DNA of 64,000 nucleotides from Batkoa obscura (Eukaryota): NCBI GenBank assembly GCA_030770535.1, contig JASVEC010000018.1, positions 124,001 to 188,000 of the forward strand, read 5' to 3'. Shown piece by piece: positions 40,714 to 57,210 of this stretch (position 1 is its first letter; each line of letters starts with the position of its first letter). The notes under the pieces were generated by a model. It saw only the letters and a program-made list of their open reading frames with translations, ran no database searches and was not told where the DNA came from. The position numbers and the translations under genes were made by a program.

Positions 40714-40810
40714 GGCGATGGTTTTTTTGATTTCATTCTTTTCCATTTTTTAAACGCTATTTGAGTGGAAAATTTGTTAGTAAAATTCTTAAACAAAAAA
40801 ATACATCCCC
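40714..40810 (-). mobile_element. MITE copy, TSD ATAT
   Basis: ATAT|GGCGATG...CATCCCC|ATAT. Confidence 0.85.
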
Positions 40811-41188
40811 ATATACGCTTTTATTTTTATATATTTGTATAATTATTTAAAATCTAAAAAATGCTTATTATAAAGCAGTAGCATTTTGTCCCAATAAACA
40901 GTATTGTTATCATTTATACAAAAGGATTTTTGTGTTAATATAGCAATCTTAGATCATGGTCCTAATCATATACGCTAAACTTATGAATTAATAGTATTAT
41001 TGATAAATATCAATAAATTTGTATTCATTCAAATAATTCAACTTGCTAATAAATTAACTTCATGCAATTCTAACTTACATGACAACTATCTACATATAAT
41101 AATAAAATTCCAAGCTTTAGAAATTAACAACATAATTGAAGTTAACGAGCAAGTTTATTAACTCCACTAAAAAAACCTTTATTAAAAC

Positions 41189-42256
41189 TTAAACAATACG
41201 TTCCATTTCTTTTGCATAAAATATAGCTTGTTCTAATACTTGGTTAACTGGAACAGCTGAAGTATCATCACTTTGTTGTGCTGTTTTAAATTGAACTCTT
41301 TGATCAATATTAATCACCCACCCACGCTAAAAGTTATTAACTTTAATCCTCATGAAATGAAAATAATATCTTACTTGTTTAGCTAATTTTACTACTTCTT
41401 CATTCTTTTTAAAAAAGAGCATACTACTAACTTGTTGAATAGGAAGGCTTTTATAAGCCTTTTCACAACAACTAGCAATCTCATCTCTATTCAATAAAAT
41501 TAGGATTGCATATTGAAATCCAATTAGTACATTACCTAATAGTAAGAGCTAAAAAGTCCATAAAATAAATAAACTCATTGGATGGTACTGTTTCACGTGC
41601 ATTTAATACTTTATTGTAACTACCTTCCATTAATGCTTTTTCTAAATTCACTGGGTGCATAAGATATTCATTATTTTCTAGTAAATCCGATGGAATCCCT
41701 TCCAATGTAAGGTGAAATGTTGAAATTTGATTTTGTGCTAATAAACTCATAAGATATAACCCTTTTAACTTATTTTCTCTTGGTGATGGTGGTAATGAAT
41801 CTCTAAATATATTTTTTTAGCTTCTGTTCTTTATAAATGGGCTATAAATAGCTTGAATTTCATTTGCGTCAATTTTTTACCTATGATCAATATAATAAGT
41901 TTGAAGTTGAGAATACAAACGTTCAAAACCTTGAATATCGTTTTCATTAATATTAATTAAAGCTCCTATTTCTAAAACATCACCTATTTAATAATATAAT
42001 TATTGTCCATTCATTAATAGTATTTATTTATTCCACTTACGAACTGCTACTTTTTGTTCATAATTTAAAGTTGATGCTGGAGTTAAGAATGAATTTTTAA
42101 TTAATTCTAACTAATGTTAAATTATTTATGAATTTATCCTAAAAATTAGAAGTTAAATAAAATTACTTTGATAGCGCTCAAGGTAGTTAAAGCATTAGGA
42201 TCTTTATTTTCATATTCTCTTTTTAATTGTTCATGTAATTGAGCTAAATTGGCCAT
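41189..42256 (-). CDS. RPN12: 26S proteasome lid subunit Rpn12, multi-exon
   Basis: DVLEIGA, FERLYSQLQTYY, GLYLMSLLAQNQISTFH, LEKALMEGSYNKV, DEIASCCEKAY, YAKEMERIV*. Confidence 0.95.
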
Positions 42257-42526
42257 TTTAGTAAAAATATTATAAAAAACTTAATTAGTGCTTAGTAATT
42301 TTTAGTTAAAAGAGTTAGCTGACGTAAACGTTGCAAAAATTAGAATTGCAAAAACTAGACATCGATTACAATGAGTAAATTGAATAAAAATTCCCATAAC
42401 TTATGGTTAAACGAAATAATCCATAGATTCCATGCTTTGGAATCTTATTGGCCCGAATTTAATCGAGTGTATAACTTCTATCAGATAGTTATTGCATTCA
42501 ACTTCATAAAAGACGTGTTTCATAAT

Positions 42527-42865
42527 ATGGGAGCTTACTATAAAATCTTTGGACAAAAAATTGCAAGTGAATACGTAAGTGCTTACCTTTACTCACATAC
42601 CTAGTCGCTAGATGAAGCATTTTTAACAATCAACATAACATTTGAAATATTTATCATGAATAAAAGGAACTTATTTTTAATTTAGTTAGTATTTGGTACT
42701 TGGGCCGCTTTAGGTTTTGGTATTTATTCAGCTAAAGGTGGATCTTCTAAGACCGATAACAAATTACCTGAACCTAAGATCAATGCTTCTTCAAACGAAG
42801 AAGAAGCTTTCATTCAAGAATTCCTTAAAGCCGCTGAAAACGACTCTACCCCTGCTAAACATTAA
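42527..42865 (+). CDS. ATP19: Mitochondrial ATP synthase subunit k (2 exons, intron 42575-42685)
   Basis: MGAYYKIFGQKIASEY|LVFGTWAALGFGIY...PKINASSNEEEAFIQEFLK. Confidence 0.9.
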
Positions 42866-43370
42866 GTATGGTATTTGGTGAATTAAATTTTAGTTAAAAT
42901 AACCATTTTAGATTTTGATGTGTTGTTTTTTATTGTTGTTATTTTAGATACGTGGTGAAATAGGATAATGTTAATGAATACATAGAAATAGATTCAAAAG
43001 ATTTACATCATATTGATGATCCTATGATTGCTATTATTTGTTAATCTAGTACTGATGTAGTTGAGTATAAACTGTCATTGGTTAGATTGATAAAGTATAG
43101 ATTCAGACATAGTTATATAGATAAAGATAAAATTCTGTTTCTTTCTGGCCTTTATAGAAATTATTAAGATATCTAAAAAATTGAAGCTTTAAATTCAACA
43201 TAAAAACCACACTTTATTAACCTTTATTGTTTATAATTTTAAGAAACAAAATGATTTTAAAATAATTTTACATAAGTCATCTTAAAGTTAAAGGTTGGCA
43301 CTGCCAGTTATTAATCAAAAATATTTATTATATTTATTCAATATAATTTTAGAAAACCAAAAAAAAAGTA

Positions 43371-45761
<2,391 letters not shown>

Positions 45762-46255
45762 TTTGTAAAGAGATAAATCAAGAATTTGAATAATATTTTT
45801 TTAAAGGAATTAAATCGGGCATCTTAAAAAAACAAAGAATACAAATAGAAATCATACAATAAATTTATTGAATTTTATTAACAAGGGTTAAAGAAATAAC
45901 AAATATTGTAGTTATGTTATAGAAATTTTATTTATTTTTTATTCAATAAACCAAATACTTATTTTTTTAATTTGCTTAATTTAGGATATAATTAATAAAA
46001 AAAAATGCTGATCAAAAAATTAAAAGAATTAGCCTATTAAAAATTGTAAGAAAAATTTATTATAATAATATAATAATAATAATATTTATATTAATTGTAA
46101 CAAAAATAATATGTTAAAATGAAATTTAATTTAATAGATTATTGATGATAATCTAGCGATCAATAATAGTTCTAATGTAAATATTACTATTTAAATAGAC
46201 TAATTCTATTTTATTCTTTATATATTTTATTTTTTATATATTTTATATTTTGACA

Positions 46256-46681
46256 ATGAAAATCATTAGTTTAGTCTCATTATTGCTGGTCAATATCCCA
46301 AATATATTAAGTTCCAAAGTAGCTAGTAACGCTGAACTAAAAATTAAGGAAAATATTCCTTCTAAAGAATTAAATTCTAATGGAGGATATCGTCCACGAT
46401 ATGACGACGATGATGATGACGACGACGATCGATATGATTCAGGTCATCATTACAATCGACCAAGACCAGATTATGGTCAAAGATCAAGATGCCCAAGAGG
46501 CAATGAAAGATGTAATCGTGGTAATAGTGGTGCTTTTTGTTATGATGGATTTAACTGCCCACCTTGCTGGACTTATAATCGAGGTAGTGGAAATTGGGAT
46601 TGTTATGATTATAATTATGAAACAGGTAGAGGTTGCATCTTTGATTGGATTGATGTTAGAAATGAATGTGGAAGATACTAA
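46256..46681 (+). CDS. Small secreted cysteine-rich protein
   Basis: Signal peptide, poly-Asp tract and an 8-Cys C-terminal domain. Intronless. Confidence 0.8.
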   Translation: MKIISLVSLLLVNIPNILSSKVASNAELKIKENIPSKELNSNGGYRPRYDDDDDDDDDRYDSGHHYNRPRPDYGQRSRCPRGNERCNRGNSGAFCYDGFNCPPCWTYNRGSGNWDCYDYNYETGRGCIFDWIDVRNECGRY

Positions 46682-46803
46682 TTAAATTTATATCATTATG
46701 AAATAAAAATGAGCGTAAATTTTGTACTTTTGTTAGTTTTAAAATATATTATAATTGCTATTATGTTATTAATATGGTGTTTTGATTTTATTTTTAATAA
46801 AAT

Positions 46804-47885
46804 TTAATTTTTAGCTTTGACATGTAATTTAGCTTGAGCGCGAGATAAAGTAAATTTACCAAATACAATAGTAGCTAAAGTCAATGGAAAGAAACAAAAT
46901 AAAGTATCAAAGATAGTTAATCGGATCCAATATAAATAAGCTAATATCAAATAACCCGATAAACATACAATAAAAGAAGATGAATAGATCAATGCAGTAG
47001 GTTCATTAAATGGAAACTCTTTAATATTAATATTTAATTTGGACCACTATTAGTAATCATTAGTATTATATATATATATATGAAATAAACTTGCCAAGCC
47101 TAATAATATTAACCAAGGAGATAGTACTAATATAGAAAATAGATAAGATAAAGTAGAGTTAGCTATTTTATCTGGTTGACGAAATTGATGTTCAATTATT
47201 GGTTTGGGTTCAAATTGATATTTTTTATTTTCTTCAGTTAATTTATCAACTTTAAACTCTACTTTACCAACTTTGTATTTAATTGATTCCACTTTTTTTA
47301 CTCCCCCAAGTAATAAAGTTACTTCATAATTCCCTGGATTTTTCTTTATAAAATTTGGCAGCTTTTTTGGGCCCTAAAATAAAAACCAATTTAAACATAT
47401 TATTCTATCATTAAATAAATATAATGAATTACCAAAGTTAATTTATAATTCGCTCCTTTACTTTGTTTAAATGGTAAATATGATAATTTGGATGTTTCTG
47501 TATGATTAAATAATACAACAGCTAAATTTAATTTAATAGCTTCTTCGTCATTGGAAATAGTTTTCTTTTTTGATGTAAAAGAAATGCGATAAGATTGTCC
47601 TTCTTCAGTAGTTAAAATAGAATTCAATGGTTTTGGATAAGTTAATCTAAAAACATTCAATTTAAAAAAGTTTTTACTAGTGATATTGTTTGAATATACT
47701 TACTTTTTACTTATCACTGGATTACCTACTTTATCGTTAATAGATACTTTTAAGTTTGATAAAATAAGTTGAGCTTGTTCATTATCTTGACCATCCTTTT
47801 GTTCCGAGCTGTTGTTTCCCTCACAAGATACATGTGTTATAAATAACAGAGTTATTATACTCAAAATCCAATTATTAAAGTTCAT
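46804..47885 (-). CDS. SWP1: Oligosaccharyltransferase subunit Swp1/ribophorin II (4 exons)
   Basis: Signal peptide, QFEPKPIIEHQFRQPDK, three C-terminal TM helices (YLYWIRLTIFDTL). Confidence 0.9.
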
Positions 47886-48184
47886 TGTTTCCTAAAGTCA
47901 ATATAAACTATATCACAAACAATTTTTTTGTTTTTTACTATGTGTAATAAATTTATTTTTCAACCAATGACCTTAAGTCAACTAATAAAATTAGAAACCG
48001 AATTGAAATTTTATCAAATCAAATGGAAGTTAGTTGATATTTTTAGAGTAAACTTAAATTCTTACACGTAGCTTCAATCATCTAGGTAGAACATTAGAAT
48101 TAACAAGTCTGTCATTTAATAATAAAGCTTAAAAATAGGATCAATACTTTGTTTTTAACTCAAAAAAATAAAAATAAACAATAA

Positions 48185-51100
48185 ATGACATTAAAGCTTC
48201 TAACTAAGGTAAAATAATAAAATAACAGAAACAAAATTTCATTAAAAAAATAATATTTAGTTTGAATCCAAGAGCAACCGAGTAAAAGGAATCGCTTTCC
48301 ATCCTAAGCGACCATGGGTATTATCAACTTTACATAACGGTACCATTCAATTATGGGATTATCGTATGGGAACATTGATAGATAAATTTGAAGAACATGA
48401 TGGTAAATTCATTCCCTTCATATTAACTCACTAACTTCATTTCCCTAGGCCCTGTACGTGGCGTAGCTTTCCATCCCACTCAAGATATCTTTTGCTCCGG
48501 TGGAGATGATAAAAAAATTAAAGTATGGAGTTTAAAAACTAGACGTTGTTTATTTACATTAACTGGTCATATGGATTATATTCGTACCGTTACTTTTCAT
48601 CATGAATTACCTTGGATTATGTCCGCTTCGGATGATCAGACAATTCGTATTTGGAATTGGCAATCTAGAAATTGTATCTCCACTGTGACTGGTCATAATC
48701 ATTACATTATGTGTGCTAAGTTTCATCCAAGTCAAGACTTAATTGCGTCCGCTTGTCTTGATTTGACCGTTAGAATCTGGGATTTTTCGAGTAATATTTA
48801 ATATTTAATATTAAGATTTTAATGAGTTAATTTTATTTTATTTTATTTTAGGTTTACGTAAAAAGTATTATACTCCACAATCAGCCTCAACTCGAACTCC
48901 AGAAGAAGAAGCTATCCGTATGTTAGCACAAACAACAGATGTATTTGGTAATATGGAAGTGACTGTTAAGTTCGTTTTGGAAGGACATACCAAAGGTGTC
49001 AATTGGGTTGAATTTCATCCAACCATGCCATTAATTGTTTCTGGCGGCGATGATCGTCAAGTTAAATTATGGAGAATGAACGGTAATTAACTTTACCATC
49101 TTTTAATAGATTGATTAATTGGTTTCTTTTTTTATAGACTCGCGTGCATGGGAAGTTGATACTTGTCGCGGTCATTATAACAATGTATCTTGTTGTACTT
49201 TTCATCCACGTCAAGAACTTTTAGTTTCTAATTCGGAAGATCGATCCATTAGAGTTTGGGATATGACTAAACGTTCTTTATTACAAACTTTTCGCAGAGA
49301 AGGTGAAAGATACTGGGTATTAGCTTCACATCCTAATCTTAATGTATTTGCTGCTGGTAAGTTACGAATGCTTATTATATTTTAATTATTAATTGTTTTT
49401 TTTATTAAAGGTCATGACGGTGGTATGATAATTTTTAAACTTGAAAGAGAACGTCCAGCTATGTCCATTTTGCAAGATACTATGCTTTATGTTAAAGAAA
49501 ATCATGTTCGAATTCATAATTTTACTAACGGTTCAGATTCTCCAGTGATTACGATTAAAAAAGAAGGCGGAAGTTATACATCCCCACCAAGATCTTTGAC
49601 TTTTAATCCAGTAGACAAAACAGTTATTTTATCTTCAGATTCAGACAGTGGTACAAGATTTGAATTATTTAAAGCTAATTCAAAATCTGATGATGTGGCC
49701 ACTGGACTCAAAGGAATGGGCTCTTCTCCAGTTTTTATTAGTCGTAATAGATTTGCTGTTTTAGATAAAGAAAAGCAACAATTAGATATTCGTGATCTAG
49801 AATGTAAATCGGTAAAAACGATTAAACTTACTACCCCAGTCAATGAAATCTTTGCTGCTCCTGGTGGTAATTTACTTCTTTCTTCAAGTAAATCAATTGC
49901 TTTATTTGATGTGACTCAAAAAAAAGAGATTGCTACTTTACCTGCATCTGATATCAAATACATTTATTGGTCCAATGATAATAGTAAAGTTGCATTATTT
50001 AGTAAGCATTTAATTACAATTGCAGAAAAAGATTTAACTCAATTATGTCAAATTCATGAAACAATTCGTGTTAAAAGTGGTGCTTGGGATCCAATTGGTG
50101 TATTTTTGTATACAACATTAAATCATATTAAATATCTATTACCTCAAGGAGATAGTGGAATTATTTGTACATTAGATCAGCCCATTTATTTAACTAAAGT
50201 AAAAAATCAACAAATTCATTATCTAGATCGATTAGCTGAACCACAAACTGCAGTTATTGATCCATCTGAGTACAAATTTAAATTAGCTTTAATTAAACAA
50301 GATTATGATCAAGTAATTCATTCTATTCGTCATTCAAATTTAGTTGGTCAATCTATTATTGCTTATTTACGTAAAAAAGGATATAGTGAAATTGCTTTAC
50401 ATTTTATTAAAGAAGAACGTACCCGATTTGAATTAGCATTAGAATGTGGTAATTTGGATGTAGCTTTAACTTCAGCTAAAGAAATTGATAATGAAACCAC
50501 ATGGATTAAATTGGGTAAAGAAGCACTTAAACAAGGGAATTTACAAATTGTCACTTTATGTTATCAGAAAGTTCATAATTTTGATCGTTTATCTTTCCTT
50601 TATTTTATTACTGGAGATTTGGAAAAAGTCCAAAAAATGCAATCTATTGCAGAAAAAAGAAACGATTATCAAGCTCAATTTCATAATGCTCTTTATCTCG
50701 GTGATTCTAAACAAAAAGTTAAAGTTTTAAGAGAAACTGGGCAAGGTAATATTTTCAATTTATGTGTTTATTTCATAAGTTATTAATAAATTGTTATAGA
50801 TGCCTTAGCATACATTACTGCCAAAAATGCTGGATTAGAAATGGAGGCTGAAGAAATTTTAGCTTCATCTAATATATCTGAAGAAGTATTAGCCAAATTA
50901 CCAATTAACAAAAAAGTATTTACACCTTCTAAACCAATTGCTGGAATTATTGATAGTAATTGGCCAACGCTTAACGTATCTAAAGGAGCCTTCGATCGTT
51001 TCTTTGCAGCTCTCGAAGCTAGTCAAAGTAGTGCCATCAACCTTGGTGATGACGGAGATATTGATGATACCGCCGATGGCTGGGGAGATGAAGACTATAC

Positions 51101-52303
51101 ATCACCAACTACTAAACCAGATACTTTACAAAATACTTTTGAAGATGGAGAAGATTATGAAGATGCAGAAGAAGAAGGTGGATGGGGATTGGAAGATGAT
51201 ATGGATATTAATGAAGCTATTGGTGCTGAGTTAGTTAATGGTGTACAATCTACCGAATTTATTATGCCACAGAAAGGAGGTAATGATCTAGATAAATGGG
51301 CAAGAAATTCACCTTTAGCAGCAGATCATATAGCTGCAGGATCGTTTGAATCAGCAATGCAATTATTAAATCGTCAACTTGGTATTATTAATTTTGAACC
51401 ACTTAAAACTTACTTTATGGATATATTATCCACTTCTCAAGCCTATTATGAAGCTAATCATGGGTTAAAATCATTATCAACTTCATTAAGTAGAAATTAT
51501 AATGAAAGTCAAAAAAATCTAAGACCAATTATTACTTTTACTGTTAGTAAAGTCATCACTCAATTGAAAGAAGGTTATAAATTATTTAAAGCTAATAAAA
51601 TTGAAGATAGTTTAATTCAATTTCAACAAGTTCTAAAAATTATCCCATTAGTCATTGCTGATTTAGAAACAGAACAAGAAGAAGTAAGTATTTATATGTA
51701 AAAAAATTTGCAGTCTAACTCTTAACTTTATAGATCCATCAAATGGTCAAAATAGCAAGAGAATATGTGATTGGTTTAAGTATGGAAAAAGCTCGACGTG
51801 AATTAAGCAATGATGGTGATTCAATTAAAAGGAATCTTGAGTTAGCTGCTTATTTTACTCATTGTGAATTGGATCCACAACATACTTTGTTAGCTTTAAG
51901 AGTAGCCATGACTACTTCATTTAAACAAAAGAACTTTTTAACGGCCTCTTCCTTTGCTCAACGTGTATTGGAATTAGGTCCCAATCAACAATTAGCTAAT
52001 CAGGTAAACTTGTTAATATCTAAGTAAATGAAAGGATGAAATTTAATTGTTTAATATTTATAGGCTAAACAAATACAAACAGTATCAGAACGTAGTTCTA
52101 AAGATGAAATTGAATTAGACTATGATCAATATAATCCATTTACTTTATGTTGTCAAAGTTATACACCTATTTATTCAGGTTCTGAAAAAGTTGAATGTGC
52201 TTATTGTAAAGCTAATTATTTACCAGAATTTAAAGATAAAGTATGTAATATTTGTCAATTGGCTAAAATTGATGGGAATGCTACTGGATTACGTTGTTTT
52301 TAA
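48185..52303 (+). CDS. COP1: Coatomer subunit alpha, multi-exon
   Basis: [25 protein letters not shown]40 repeats, [31 protein letters not shown]-terminal Cys pairs. Confidence 0.97.
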
Positions 52304-52652
52304 AAGTAAAGTAAAGTAAATGATGTAATTTAAGTAATATGAGAAGATAAAAAAATTAAACATTTTTATTCTTATTTCTTACCTCTTATTTCTTTTAATA
52401 AAATTTTATATCATTGATAATTAGTAATTGTTAAACGTTATTTTAATGAATTCGTTTCTATTTTTATCATAAAGGCTAAATTAAAAATAGATTTAAAATT
52501 AGAACAAATCATAATGATAAATCGAAATTAATTGAGTAGAAAAAATTAAATTAAATTTACGAAATCAAAATTAAAATCAAAAGTTAGATTAAAAGAATAT
52601 ATCTTATTACTTTTTTTAAACTATTAAAAATATAAAATATTATAAAAATAAT

Positions 52653-53856
52653 ATGGACAGTATTCAACAACTAAAAACAAAGCAACAAAAAGAAGAATTT
52701 TTAAATTCCTTTGATAATTTCATTTTGGATTGTGATGGTAAGTAAAGATACTTTTATAGTAAACAAAGAATGTAATACAGTATTTTTTTATAATTTGTAA
52801 TTTCATTAGGTGTATTATGGCTAGGAAAAGAAGTCATTCCAGGGATACCAGAGACGATTCATTACTTAAGAGAGTTAGGTAAGTATTTATAATTTTTTCT
52901 ATATCAAAAACAATTTCATATTTATCATTTTCAATAGGTAAAAAATTGTATTTTATTACAAATAATTCCACCAAAAGCCGTGAACAATATATCAAAAAGT
53001 TTTTAAATTTTGGTATTGAGGTTAAAAAAGTAAATTAATCTTACTATTATCACCCTAATCAGCAGCTTTAGATACTAAAACCCTCCTTTTTTTCCCAATA
53101 GGAGGAAATCTTAAGTTCTGCCTATTTATCGGCTTTATATATTAAACAAAATTTTAATATGGAAGGTAATAAGAAAGTATTTCTAATTGGTATGGAAGGT
53201 TTAAAACATGAATTGTCGGAATTAAATATTAATTATTTTTGTTTGGACGTAAGTTATTATTATATTTAATATAAATATATTTAAATTAATTAGGATAATA
53301 CTGAGGTATCTTTAGATGATAGTTTATTGAAATTGAAACCTGATGATAATGTGAGTTTCAAAAATAAAAATCAGTTATTGTTATTGTAATTATTGACTAC
53401 TTTTTATAGATTTCAGTAGTGTTAGCTGGTATGGATACAAACATTAATTATAGTAAATACGCCTATGCTCATCAATGTATTAAACATGGAATTCCTTTCT
53501 TAATGACGAATAGTGATAAAACCTATCCATTAAAAGGCACTAATTTTCCAGGAACTGGTGCTATTTTAAGTCCAATTGTTGAAAGTACAGGACAACAACC
53601 TATTATTATTGGAAAACCTAGTTTAAATGGAATTAATATTTTAAATCAACAACATCAATTAAACTTAAATCGTAGTTGTATGATTGGGGATCGATTAGAT
53701 ACTGACATTTTATTTGGTAAAAATGCTAATATGTTTACTTTATTAGTGTTATCTGGAGTTACTGATATAAAGGTTTTGGAAAAGAAAGAAAATAATATCT
53801 ACCCAGATTTTATGATTGAGGATTTAACTAAAATATTACATAATAATGAAAAATAA
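52653..53856 (+). CDS. PHO13: HAD IIA phosphatase (4-nitrophenyl/phosphoglycolate phosphatase), multi-exon
   Basis: [36 protein letters not shown]. Confidence 0.92.
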
Positions 53857-53945
53857 ATAGCAAATAGTTGAAATGATTTAATAATATATGATATTTGTTA
53901 TTTTTTTATTTTCTATTTTGTTTCTTTTATGACGTTTCTTTTAAA

Positions 53946-55255
53946 TTAAATCTCTAAATCATCATCTGGATCATCTTCATCAAAATCATCATTATCATCG
54001 GGATGATAATGGATTGTACCTAATTTTAATTCAGATTGGGACGTAGCTAAATAAGGTAATTTCACTTGTTCTTTAGCTTCTTTTTGTTTATCTGTTAAAC
54101 TCAAATTAAATGACAATCCTTCAATACCCGTATTATTCTATTAAAGTAGATTGATATATGTAAATAATGTTACTAATTCAAGTATTATTAATTAAAGTAC
54201 CTTTTCATTATTATTGTTTATATTTAATGGGTTCTTATCATCATCTTCTTTATCTGCTTTTGAGCTTTCATCTTCAATATATTCCTCAAAGTTCAACTCA
54301 ACATATTCCCCACTCCCCATATTCTTATTATAATCGATCTTCAATATACATTTCTAAAATTCAACTAAACTTATTTCTTAGAAAAAAACAATCGAATTTT
54401 ATTACCTCTCTAATAACTTTACCTAAATTCAAAGGTAATGTAAAATTCAAAACAAAATTATCTTTCTGATTACAATTTAAATGTAGTTGTAAATATTCAT
54501 ATTGGATAAAGTTTTGATCCCATTCATTTTTCATAGCTAAATTTTCTATTTTCAATTGACTGTTACTTATATAATCTAAATTAATGGCTAAGTTTGAGTC
54601 TTCAATATCCTGATGATATAAAAATACCACTTGATCTAATTGATAATTGTTACTAAGATTTGTGTAATATATGTGATTGTTTATTACATTACCTTTTAGT
54701 AGCTTGTTCATTTCTTTAATAAAGGTGTAAAATTCTACTTTATCTTTGATATAAAAATATAAATTATTACACTCGATAAATAGTATTGTTTCATTGTTGA
54801 TGATTTCTAAGAATATTAAATTCCATTCTATTAAAATTTAATCTAGTAACTCACTAATAGTTTCAATAACTCTTTGTTTCAATTTCTTCATTTCAAACTC
54901 TCCATCATCTTCTAAACCTTCAATATAATGTAATCTATCTCATTAATACAACATTCTAAAATCTTTATAATCATTGACTTACCTCCTTTTATCTTTAACA
55001 TTTTGCAAATAACCATCTAATTGACAAGCATTGTTTTCCATCAAAAGAAATAAAACGTCTTTATCGCTATAATTAAAGAATAGTTCAATCAAAAAAATAA
55101 AAAAGCATAACAAATCCTTACTTTTCAATTAACTGATAACTTAAAGCTGTAATTAGATTCCAATAGGATTGTTGAACAGTATCTTCAATCAACAACCGTT
55201 TAATTTTTTCTTCTCCTAAAAGCAATTTTTGGATGTATTTGTAGCCCAAACTCAT
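53946..55255 (-). CDS. ELP5: Elongator complex subunit 5, multi-exon
   Basis: C-terminus LSFNLSLTDKQKEAKEQVKLPY...IHYHPDDNDDFDEDDPDDDLEI* is the Elp5 signature. N-terminus LLIEDTVQQS. Confidence 0.85.
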
Positions 55256-55606
55256 TTCTTTAGATTTAGTCAAAAAACAAGTCATCTTTTGTAATACTTT
55301 TTAGTTTCTTTAACTCAAAATTTTGGTTTATTTTAAATTGGACTTTATATTTCAATATTTATAAGTGAATTAAAAATAGCTAGATCTGATAAAACAACAG
55401 GGACAATATATATCAATTAAAAGGCCTTAAAGTTATATGTAATAAATTTATTAAGTTAATTATACAAACCATACAATAAAATTCTTTAAACCATCTATAA
55501 CCAACCTAAATCTCTTAGACTTTAGTTGGTATTAATTTGTAATATTTGACAAAGTTGTAGTTTATATAAAAACGTTCTGTATGTGAAACTAAAGAGAAAA
55601 GTAAAA

Positions 55607-55679
55607 GGTCCCGTGGCCCAATGGATAAGGCGCTTGTCTACGGAACAAGCGATTCCAGGTTCGATCCCTGGCGGGATCA
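55607..55679 (+). tRNA. tRNA-Arg(ACG)
   Basis: Acceptor stem GGTCCCG/CGGGATC, D-arm TGGCCCAATGG, anticodon stem CTTGT/ACAAG around ACG, T-loop GGTTCGATCC, T-tract downstream. No intron. Confidence 0.95.
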
Positions 55680-55846
55680 TCTCCATTTTATCTTTTTGGA
55701 CGAAAAGAATATTAATTGATTGCTTATTTTTATATACTTGAATCTCATCAATTTAATATGTTTCTTAAATAAACAGTCAATAATATACTTATTTGACATA
55801 GGTTCCTATTTTTTATTTTAGATTTTATTAGTCATTCTCTCCATTT

Positions 55847-56373
55847 GGGATGTATTTTTGTGTTAAGAATTTTACTAACAAATTTTCCGCTCAAATAGCG
55901 CTTAAAAGGTGGAAAAAGTAATGAAATCAAAAAAATCATCCCCATTTAATAGAGTTTTAAAGTCAAATACAAAAATACATCCCTAAATGTTGTAACTGTC
56001 AAATGAAACAAATAAACAAAATACTACAAATAGTTTTTTTAAATTAGATCAGATTATTTAAGAACTTTACTACCCAGTTTTTCCACTCAAATAGCGCTTA
56101 AAAGACGGAAAAAATGAAGCCAAAACATCTCCATTTGTTTCTTAAAAATGAGTAAAACAACAAACTAAAGAATGGGAATCTATTTTCATGTTCAACATTT
56201 TACTAATAATTAATCCACTCAAATAATGCTTAAAAGATGAAAAAAATGAAGCCAAAAACATCCTCAAATCTATTAAATGGGGGTGTTTTTTTGGCTTCAT
56301 TACTTTTTCCATCTTTTAAGCACTATTTAAGTGAAAAAATTGAGTAAAATCTTGAATACAAAAATACATCCTC
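55847..56373. mobile_element. MITE cluster, mirror of 38975-39501
   Basis: Part of the identical inverted arm. Confidence 0.85.
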
Positions 56374-56829
56374 AAATATTATCCTCTTTTCTTAAAGCCT
56401 AGTTAACTTATTCATTATCTCCATTAATTATTAATTAAATATCAAAAGTTCCTACTCCTTTAACACGTTTGAAAAAGGACATTTTGCATTACCTTTTTAA
56501 TAAATAGGATTTGTTACTATTGAAAAACAAACCTACTTTATTTGTGACATATTCCAACTTATTATTTGTAATTTAAAATAAAGAAAAATAGAAATGATCT
56601 ATCATTAAATGAGGGGTTTGATAGCTATTTCATAAACCTTACATAATGAATTTCAGTATACTTTAAATAAAGTATATTTTATTTTATTTTATTAAAATAG
56701 CTTAATAATCCCACAGAACAATCTCGATTTATGTTACTTAATAAACTAAAACTCAAAACAATGCCAAATAACCTCATCACTTTGAACTTCCAATTATTTA
56801 TTTGAAGAAAAAGAATAAAAAAATAAACC

Positions 56830-57210
56830 TCAAGGTAAATAATGAATCTTCAAAAAGATTTTACCACTTTGTTTATGACCTTGATAAAGTTGATACCAGC
56901 CCTCAATCGAGCCCTCTGAAAAAATCACGTCTGAGGGAATAGAAACAGAACCAATAAAATCATCCCTTAATAAATCTTCATCCCATACTTCAATTTCTAT
57001 CTTATCCCCTTTTTCTAACCTTAAATGAAATGTTTCTTCCCAAGCACATTGACTACCTGCATTTCTTTTTACTGAAGTTTTATATTCTTGTTGTTTAATT
57101 TTCACTTTAGCATAGGCATCATTCTTCCCCAATAGGGGCATATCCATATTTTTTAGTTCTTTGGCTTTGACCATTGTTACTCCTATATTGATTATATCAT
57201 CTGTGTCCAT
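56830..57210 (-). CDS. Single C2-domain protein, identical copy
   Basis: Protein identical to 38138-38518. Confidence 0.93.
   Translation of the reverse strand: MDTDDIINIGVTMVKAKELKNMDMPLLGKNDAYAKVKIKQQEYKTSVKRNAGSQCAWEETFHLRLEKGDKIEIEVWDEDLLRDDFIGSVSIPSDVIFSEGSIEGWYQLYQGHKQSGKIFLKIHYLP

Noticed and set aside
42371..42604. 77-aa ORF
   Set aside because: Upstream in-frame extension of ATP19 exon 1 reading into the intron.
42575..43060. Possible snoRNA in the longer ATP19 intron or at TGATGA 43014 / CTGA 43052
   Set aside because: No convincing box pair with a terminal stem, the spacing is too short and no guide was recognised.
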